Shown here: piece by piece, positions 56,601 through 64,000 of the stretch
Layout of the letters: the number at the start of each line of letters is the position of its first letter
Numbering within the stretch: position 1 is the stretch's first letter
Assembly: GCF_002113885.1 (NCBI RefSeq)
Contig: NW_018408465.1
Location: 3,309,898 to 3,373,897, forward strand
Source of the DNA: Mizuhopecten yessoensis
Taxonomy: Eukaryota
Reading direction: 5' to 3'
DNA length: 64,000 nucleotides
Position numbers and translations under genes: made by a program
Notes under the pieces: model-generated
The model's database searches: none
The model's input: the letters and a program-made list of their open reading frames with translations, nothing else
Told to the model about the DNA's origin: nothing

Positions 56601-59600
56601 TACGCAATGTAGGACGGAACTATTTTTTAGGACCTCACTCCAGAATGACTAGAGAGGATACCTGTAAGTAATTATCACCGCTAATATATTGATGTGTACA
56701 GAAAAGTGTTACCGGTCCTAACTGCAGGCTTACTTGAGTAGATTAGCTGTAAGTCCGAAAGACACACCCAGGTAATCCAGTTTTTCAGGTTTTCTCTCAC
56801 TCAATTTTAGCAACAGTGGTGGCAGGTTTTTCTTAGGTTTAATTCTTTCTTCCAATAAATTCACATCCTGTCAAACACATGGATAGTTCATTTGAAACAA
56901 GTGTATGGCAGAAAAATTCAAGACAACCTTTTGAAAAGAATCGGTCGATGTTTCCAATACAGATCCTTTCATTTTCAAATTCTTTTATTCATTGATGGCT
57001 TTTGTATTCAGAAACTTCAAAATCATTCAGACTTGTTATTGCTGAATTCAATTTTGAATAATACAATGTGACACATTGTCCAAATTCAGTATCAAATACC
57101 AAGATTTCATATCATAACACTAACATAAGTATGAACAATTTAATATAACTTTATCTAATACTGAACAACCTTGTAATTAGGGACAAGATCAGGTCATTAT
57201 TTCAGAACTAGATACATGAAATGAATTCCAGAGAAATCAATGGTCATCTTACCTCATCACCAACAGTGGAGATCTCCGTTTCTGTTTCCTCCACAGTTTC
57301 CAACAGGTTTGGGATGTTCCCCTCGTAGTACTTCTCCAGTAAAGTCATAGCCCGGGTACCATACCCCATCTACGCACACAAGTATTCAAGAATATTGAAT
57401 CATGTCAACTAATAAACTTAACATAAGAAAAAGATATGAAACACCCATTTTTAAATGGAGAGAACAATATGTAAGTTCACTTGCAGCAATTGTATTTACG
57501 GTTATTGGGCTAGGATCTCAACTGTTTTCATGTGCCCCAGGGATTAAGTCCTCAGGTGTTGGGCCAGATTTCAGAGCCAATCTTGGTAACATGATTGTCT
57601 TTGCCTATTTCTATGTAAAACAGAACTATCATTTAAATTAAACTGATCTAAACTTAACCCTGGGAAATCTGACATAAACATACTCTTTGGTAATCTGAAA
57701 TAAACCTACCCCTTGGTAATCTGACATAACCTTTCCCCTAGGTAATCTGATATAAACCTATCCCTAGGTAATCTGATATAAACCTACCCCTTGGTAATCT
57801 GATATAAACCTACCCCTTGGTAATCTGATATAAACGTACCCCCTGGTAATCTGATATAATTTACCTCTTCAATGGTAATCTGACATAAACTTATCCCTAG
57901 GTAATCTGATATAAACCTACCCCTTGGTAATCTGATATAAACCTACCCCTTGGTAATCTGATATAAACCTACCCCTTGGTAATCTGATATAAACTTACCC
58001 CTTGGTAATCTGGATGAGTAGCTATCCTTACAATTCTCCCACCAGACAATCCGGGGAAGTCATGGTCTTGGAACTGTGAAAGAAATTTACTTGATTAAAG
58101 TCAATGTAGAGAATATGTACATAATTAGAGAGATAAAAGTAAAGACTGTAACTTGCATGGATATTACAAACATGATAAACTGTCTCACAGAAAGTATGGT
58201 CTTTATAAATATATACAAGTTATTGTAAACTGTAAAATTTCTAAACTGAGTTCAAATTTAGTGTTGAATTTGCCCTCTGAATGTTTAAAAACTACTGTCC
58301 TTATTATCTATGATTCATAATGTTTTGCATCTGATTTAATTGGCCTTCTATTGCAAGGGCCAAAAGGCCAAATCTACAACAAGGGCAAAATATGGTCTTG
58401 ATATACGTGACAAAATATAAAGATACATGCATTTTTCTTCATTTTTCTCTATTAAACAAATATATGTGATTGTCAAAATCAAATCATGATCATATTCACA
58501 TTGGCTTTGCTAGAATCATTTCAGGCCAGTTAAAAATGGGATGTGTAAGTCACACGATCAAGAATTCGCTTGTCTTAAAGATTCTACAAAACTGACCATC
58601 GAGGTTGTTACAGTTTCAATGCCGAGAAGAAAAAAAGGTTCATTGAGTGGTTACCAAGTCTCCACCAGTGTTTAAGCCAGTCTACAGAGTGATTACCATT
58701 AGCACAAAAACCTAGGAGGCAATTCACAGGTCAGAAGTTTGTGAGAGGAGTATTGTCAATGTACAAAAGGTAATCAACAGTAGGCACTACTCATTTAGAT
58801 TAACAGCAAGCAATCTTGTGTTTGAAATTTCATAATGAACTATTCCAACCTTTGAATTGGAAGAGTTTAAATGCGTCTTCAGGGGTAAATGAGTTAAATG
58901 TTGACAGGCTATCCATGGAATGATGTGCTTACCTGTTGAGAGACCGTCCATGGAATTTTGTGCTTACCTGTTGGGAGACCGTCCATGGAATGATGTGCTT
59001 ACCTGTTGAGAGACCGTCCATGGAATGAGATCTCCGGAGGCCCTCTCACCACGAGACAAGCTGTTCATGATGGTCGCTTTGGATATCTCTCCCTCCAGAC
59101 TTACCTGTCAGTAAACAAAAACAACAATATAGAAAATACAAATAATATATCATAATCTACTTGAGTGAACTAAATAATCTTAATATCATAATCTACTTGA
59201 GTAAACTTAAAGCAAATGTATCTTTGTATCATTTATCAGGTAAACTGTAGGGTGAAAATTATTCATTGGTTGGTATCAAAGGGATCCTTGGGGAAATTCT
59301 CTTGTTTGATAAGATACTGTCTATAAATTTACTGATGTGCTGGATCAGCTTACCTGTACCACACAGAGGACCTCAGGAAGGGACGACTGGTCGGGGTTGA
59401 TCCCACCCAGAAGAGCAAATATATGGTGAGCTGGGGCATCTGACAGCAGCTGTAGGTCATTGGGAGTGTTCTGTAACAAGGCTTCATCTTATAATCTACT
59501 ATCCACAAATCACTACAAATCAAGCTCCACAAATCATCATAATCAAACTCCACAAATAATTATCAACCCCAAATCATTATAGATCAAATTACACAAATCA

Positions 59601-62600
59601 CTATAAATCAAAGTTCAGAAAGCATTACCTATCTAATTAGTGTAAGGACTGCTGCATCAATTCGGCAAAGATTTAGAACTTTCTTTTAGATAATTAGCTT
59701 ACTATTAATACTTTGTAAAATATAGACTTCATTCAGGCAAACTTCTAGAACTGACCATATAATTTGGGTGACACAGAAGGCCATGAACTATACAACGTAC
59801 CTTGTAATGGGAGGAGACATAGAGGGCCATGATCCTGTGGAGGTAGGCTTCCTGACTGAACTATACAACATACCTTGTAATGGGCGGAGACATAGAGGGA
59901 CATGAGCCTGTGGAGGTAGGTCTCCAGACGGAACTATACAACTTACCTTGGAATGGGACAGGCAAACTTCTAGAACTGACCATATAATCTGGGTGACACA
60001 GAAGGCCATGAACTATACAACATACCTTGTAATGGGCGGAGACATAGAGGGACATGATCCGGTGGAGGTAGGCCTCCTGACTGAACTATACAACTTACAT
60101 TGTAATGGGAGGAGACATAGGGGGACATGATCCTGTGGAGAAAGGCCTCCAGACTGAACTATACAACTTGCCTTGTAATGGGAGGAGACATAAAGGGGCA
60201 TGATCCTGTGGAGGTAGCCCTCCAGACTGAACTATACAACTTTCCTTGTAATGGGAGGAGACCTAGAGGGACATGATCCTGTGAGGTAGGCCTCCAGACT
60301 GCACTATACAACTTACCTTGTCATGGGAGGAGACATAGAGGGCCATGATCCTGTGGAGGTAGGTCTCCAGACTGAACTATACAACGTACCTTGTAATGGG
60401 AGGAGAAATAGAGGGACATGATCCTGTGAAGGTAGCCCTCCAGACTGAACTATACCACTTACCTTGTAATGAGAGGAGACATAGAGGGACATGATCCTGA
60501 GGCGGTAGGCCTCCAGACTGAACTATACCACTTACCTTGTAATGAGAGGAGACATAGAGGGACATGCTCCTGTGGAGGAAGGCCTCCAGACTGACCTATA
60601 CAACTTACCTTGTAAGGGGAGGAGACATAGAGGGACATGATCATGTGGAGGTAGGTCTCCAGACGGAACTATACAACTTACCTTGGAATGGGACAGGCAA
60701 ACTTCTAGAACTGACCATATAATTTGGGTGACACAGAAGGGCATGAACTATACAACGTACCTTCTAATGGGAGGAGACATAGATGGACATGATCCTGTGG
60801 AGGTAGGCCTCCTAACTGAACTATACAACATACCTTGTAATGGGCGGAGACATAGAGGGACATGCTCCTGTGGAGGTAGGCCTCCTAACTGAACTATACA
60901 ACATACCTTGTAATGGGTGGAGACATAGAGGTACATGATCCTGTGGAGGTAGGTCTCCAGACTGAACTATACACCTTGCCGTGTAATGGGAGGAGACATA
61001 GGGGGACATGATCCTGTGGAGTAAGGCCTCCAGACTGAACTATACAACTTACCTTGGAATGGGACAGGCAAACTTCTAGAACTGACAATATAATTTGGGT
61101 GACACAGAAGGGCATGAACTATACAACGTACCTTGTAATGGGAGGAGAAATAGAGGGACATGATCCTGTGCAGGTAGGGCTTCAGACTCAACTATACAAC
61201 ATACCTTGTAATGGGTGGAGACATAGAGGGACATGATCATGTGGAGGTAGGTCTCCAGACGGAACTATACAACTTACCTTGGAATGGGACAGGCAAACTT
61301 CTAGAACTGACCATATAATTTGGGTGACATAGAAGGCCATGAACTATACAACATACCTTGTAATGGGTGGAGACATAGAGGTACATGATCCTGTGGAGGT
61401 AGGCTTCCTGACTGAACTATACAACGTACCTTCTAATGGGAGGAGACATAGAGGGACATGATCCTGTGGAGGAAGGCTTCTGATGCCTTGTGGTAGGAGA
61501 ACAAGGTATCTCTGTTAACATAATAGAGGTCACATGTCTCTGGTAGAGGACAGCCTGACGTTATTCGTGGAACAGACGTCGCATCCAAACACAAAAGGTC
61601 ATTTAACCATTTCTCCACCGGGTCACCGTTGGCGTACCTGATGGACTCATTCAGTACAACCTCATGTAAAACACGACCTGTGGAAATAGAGTGTATGGTA
61701 AAATACAATCTGGAAAAAACAATTATAACTGGGCCTTGTCAAGGTCAGTCAGCATAATAACTGTCAAATAAAACACATTTCCTAATAAAATCTCTTCATT
61801 TTTTGAACATTGATCAAATGTGTTTTTTTCACACTTATCACTAACACAAGAGGCCCAATGGGCCTGTATCGCTCACCTGTTATTCATCTCACATCTAGAT
61901 CTGTGACCTTCAAGTATCATCACTCCTTACATTATGGGTCTAAGTTGGAAGATTATATTACATAGAACTCTACACATTAAGAGTCTTTCTTGGACAATTT
62001 AAACTGATTTTCACCATCTGACCTCCAAAGTTGGTTTAGGTCACTCATTCAAATCCCACACTTTGTACCAAATCATAACATGAAGCTACTGGTCAAACAT
62101 CATGACCTCTTGGTGATTCTGAAGAAGTCATTTAAAGTAGAAAGTTGTCACCGGACGGACACTGCACCATGGCATAAGCTCACTTGGCCTTTCAGGTTAA
62201 CAATATAAATCATCTCTATGAAAGGGAGACAATCTCAGAACATGGGCAATATTACATGTCCAAAACTCACTATCATATAACACACTTGTTTTGGACAATC
62301 ATCCCAAATGTTGACATTTCTTTCTCTTCATTAAATCAGAATTGTGTGACGACTTTCTCTGACTTTCCCTCAGATTTGGATGTGGATAAACAAAATTTCA
62401 GTAAGAAAAAGCACAATTTATCTTTTATCATAATTTTTATATAGTTATTTTGTCCAACCATGGATCATGTGAAAGAAAAAATGTCATTGTAAAACTGATA
62501 AAATCGTTGTATAAACTCAAACGACATCATAGTCAACACTACCTGATGCTGAGGAGACGGAATCTGTCTTGGAGGTCATGTTGGCAGTTCTCTGTAGTTC

Positions 62601-64000
62601 CTTGGATGTCCCACCGTAGGTAGCAGACTGCTGTCGGAGCTGTTGAACCAGTTTGAGTGATAGTGACCGACCAGTTCCCTCATATCTATGGCAACAAAAC
62701 TGATTCAGTACATTTCCGCGACAACAAAATTGTGAATATTAACATATCCATGACAACAAACTCTTAATGACATTTGCATGACAACAAAACTTCAATCAAT
62801 GAGGAGTACAAATGATGTTGTATACTTTTTACCACAGAGAACAATGCTTTATTAAGGTAGACATATAAACAGCTTACCCATTGACTGTAGACGACATGAA
62901 AACCAAGTAGGGTCCTAGGAGATTTTTTACTAACGGCAGAGGGATGGCTGCAGCTTCATCAATACACACCAGCTCTGCCTGTCCCAACTTATGGGAATCT
63001 CCTGGGTGTATATACTGTAAAATAGAATCATACATCGTGTAGATAGACCAACCTCACTTACTAGATTAATATTATATCCAGTCAGTATAACCACAGGGAC
63101 ATTTTTTATTTTTTCATTCTGGGTCATAGGAACGTGTCAAGTCCCTGTGAGTATAACTCTCCATAAACAAATAACTAGCGACCATGTACTGTACTTCAGT
63201 ACACATATATTGACATCGTTCTCCTATGAAGGTTTGAGAAGATGGGGTACTAATCTTACATGGATCTTTATTAAGAAGTCACAGTAAAACGATGTGTTTG
63301 GTAATGGTGATGTCACAATCGATGCTGAGCTAATATCTGGTCAGCACTACTGACAGAATTTAGACTTTATTATGTCGTGTGATCTATGTGGACCAATATA
63401 GCGTAACAGGATTCTAGACAGATAAGTTAAAAAGATGTTAAATGTTCTTTTTCCACGAACAGTAGAACATGTATTGACACTTTGTTTCTGTATTGACTTG
63501 ATACATCTGTCTAGCTAAAGGTATTAGTGACCTAATGAATACGCTGCATGAGGATAGATCACAAAAGAATAAGACTGTCAGCAGTGGAACAATTTGATGT
63601 TCACTCATCCGCCAGTTACAAGTGGCTCGACAGTAACAGAATTACCAAGTACTTGCTTTTGGTGCGGAAGTCAACTTGTTATCAGAGGCCGAAACTATCG
63701 CTCCATAGTTGGGTCAATATTGGATTGTAAAGATCATTCTGTTGTTTAAACCCCCCTCCCCTATCACTTCTGTTAATGCTGTTTTTTTAGTTTGTTATTC
63801 AGTTGTACTGTTGTCGGTTATATGTATTTATATATCTAGTTTTAGCATGGTCTTACTAGTGATGATTGTACTTACTGAGGACGGGTGGACTTCCCCACGT
63901 TTACGTCTGGTATCTTACCTGAACTGTTTGCCTATGTTCCCTGAAGATGTTCACTCGTACAATAGCTTTGTTGAACTCAGGATTTGTAGACTGGATTATC
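50540..64000 (-). CDS. NAT10: RNA cytidine acetyltransferase NAT10 (Kre33 orthologue), 3' part; the 5' exons lie beyond the window
   Basis: 17 phase-consistent exons in transcript order: >64000-63919, 63014-62878, 62685-62543, 61677-61430, 59470-59354, 59104-59003, 58073-57999, 57369-57253, 56867-56734, 56114-56066, 55547-55436, 55011-54904, 54512-54340, 53934-53815, 52982-52884, 51639-51482, 50666-50540. Hallmark motifs: IDEAAAIPLPLV, NGYEGTGRSLSLKL, ESIRYA..DPVEKWLN.LLCLD, NTPNDLQLLSDAPAH, SGDLIPW, RIVRIATHPDYQGMGYG, NDLTGEHSCIM, and a Lys-rich C-terminus. As assembled there is an in-frame TAG at 61433-61435. Confidence 0.96.
50866..51110 (+). mobile_element. V-domain tRNA-derived SINE in the last NAT10 intron
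   Basis: A-box-like gtggcacagtgg, V-SINE core gttttctccgggtactccggtttcctcccaca, and an AT-rich tail. Confidence 0.75.
51482..51639 (-). CDS. NAT10: NAT10 exon (EEGAEDEKK...GLVSIK)
   Basis: tttcag|GAG ... AG|gtaact. Confidence 0.9.
52271..52655. mobile_element. MITE with ~30-bp terminal inverted repeats, TA-flanked
   Basis: ggctacattcgcgtttcccggttgaaacggt ... accgtttcaaccggtaacgcgaatgtacccc. Confidence 0.85.
52700..52792 (-). mobile_element. tRNA-derived repeat fragment (SINE head or tRNA pseudogene)
   Basis: Minus strand tcgctcggtggtagagcattcgac...ggtctcggttcaaacc carries A and B boxes but no intact cloverleaf. Confidence 0.55.
52884..52982 (-). CDS. NAT10: NAT10 exon (QFSEIVE...MEEDL)
   Basis: ttcag|CAA ... 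CTG|gtaagg. Confidence 0.9.
53815..53934 (-). CDS. NAT10: NAT10 exon (AILLGMGLQHKTVD...KIVQ)
   Basis: ttgtag|GCT ... CAG|gtaatt. Confidence 0.93.
54340..54512 (-). CDS. NAT10: NAT10 exon (YDLKRLELYSQNMVDYHLVMDLLP)
   Basis: accag|GT ... TCG|gtcagt. Confidence 0.93.
54904..55011 (-). CDS. NAT10: NAT10 exon (DFRRRFVSLMSYQF)
   Basis: tttag|AT ... G|gtactg. Confidence 0.93.
55436..55547 (-). CDS. NAT10: NAT10 exon (NDLTGEHSCIMLK...AFWK)
   Basis: ttacag|AAC ... G|gtgag. Confidence 0.93.
56066..56114 (-). CDS. NAT10: NAT10 exon (FWKKSKFTPVYLRQTA)
   Basis: tgaag|G ... GCA|gtaagt. Confidence 0.92.
56734..56867 (-). CDS. NAT10: NAT10 exon (LPPLLLKLSER...LDYLGVSFGLT)
   Basis: gacag|GAT ... AA|gtaagc. 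Confidence 0.93.
57253..57369 (-). CDS. NAT10: NAT10 exon (MGYGTRAM...VGDE)
   Basis: cgtag|ATG ... GAG|gtaaga; completes the acetyl-CoA-binding QGMGYG. Confidence 0.93.
57643..58012. repeat. 26-bp tandem array (ggtaatctgatataaacctacccctt) made from the NAT10 exon end plus 5' splice site, ~13 extra copies
   Basis: On the minus strand the unit is CAGATTACCAAGGG|gtaggtttatat, a copy of the junction at 57999. Confidence 0.93.
57999..58073 (-). CDS. NAT10: NAT10 exon (FQDHDFPGLSGGRIVRIATHPDYQG)
   Basis: cacag|TTC ... GGG|gtaagt. Confidence 0.94.
58912..59026. repeat. 35-bp tandem repeat of the NAT10 exon end plus donor (2 extra copies)
   Basis: tccatggaatgatgtgcttacctgttgagagaccg at 58912, 58947 and 58982. 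Confidence 0.93.
59003..59104 (-). CDS. NAT10: NAT10 exon (VSLEGEISK...SGDLIPWTVSQQ)
   Basis: gacag|GTAAGT ... CAG|gtaagc; 102 nt. Confidence 0.93.
59354..59470 (-). CDS. NAT10: NAT10 exon (NTPNDLQLLSDAPAHHIF...LPEVLCVVQ)
   Basis: ttacag|AAC ... CAG|gtaagc. Confidence 0.95.
59734..61486. repeat. Higher-order tandem array of a NAT10 exon 3' end plus donor: 18 x 73-bp units and 4 x 79-bp chimeric units, then the true exon end
   Basis: 73-bp unit gaactatacaacttaccttgtaatgggaggagacatagagggacatgatcctgtggaggtaggcctccagact; 79-bp units at 59931, 60666, 61037 and 61262. Confidence 0.96.
61430..61677 (-). CDS. NAT10: NAT10 exon (RVLHEVVLNESIRYANGDPVEKWL...MSLYVSSH*K), with an in-frame TAG at the conserved Tyr
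   Basis: ccacag|GT CGT ... CAT TAG AAG|gtacgt. Confidence 0.93.
61846..62200 (-). mobile_element. Short HINE/DINE-1-like element with the same terminal architecture as 1733-2449
   Basis: acaagaggcccaatgggcct...cgctcacctg at one end; ggacggac and gcataagctcac..ggcc..caggt at the other. Confidence 0.7.
62543..62685 (-). CDS. NAT10: NAT10 exon (YEGTGRSLSLKLVQQLRQQS...)
   Basis: ccatag|A TAT ... G|gtagtg. Confidence 0.94.
62878..63014 (-). CDS. NAT10: NAT10 exon (helicase-like domain, IDEAAAIPLPLV)
   Basis: ttacag|TAT ... GG|gtaagc. Confidence 0.95.
63919..64000 (-). CDS. NAT10: NAT10 exon, partial (IIQSTNPEFNKAIVRVNIFREHRQTVQ)
   Basis: Ends CAG|gtaaga; runs off the window. Confidence 0.93.

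Noticed and set aside
59788-61236. Many 60-75 aa ORFs on both strands
   Set aside because: They are translations of the 73/79-bp array, not genes.

Overview
AT-rich, intron-rich animal genomic DNA. The repeat families (Helentron/HINE 'pearl'-type elements, V-, CORE- and Meta-like SINEs, CR1/L2-like LINE fragments) suggest a bivalve mollusc; this is an inference. Two convergent protein-coding genes can be reconstructed exon by exon with consistent GT-AG phases. (1) On +, an NWD1/NWD2-family STAND NTPase of about 2100 aa (DUF4062-like N-domain, NACHT, WD40). Thirteen coding exons run 33047-46078, including a 3.57-kb terminal exon, and there are two candidate alternative first exons at 11741 and 23227. 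(2) On -, the 3' 17 exons of NAT10 (RNA cytidine acetyltransferase; 50540 to >64000). The most unusual signal is in NAT10. Three nearby exon/intron junctions have been amplified into tandem arrays that each carry a piece of exon plus the 5' splice site (73/79-bp units x22 extra, 35-bp x2 extra, 26-bp x~13 extra), and there are degenerate arrays at two acceptors. The exon that feeds the largest array has an in-frame TAG at a conserved Tyr, and the same TAG occurs in one intronic copy. One NAT10 exon also starts with a perfect re-splicing motif (cag|GTAAGT). The rest of the window is intergenic or intronic sequence with satellites, MITEs, SINEs and LINE remnants.
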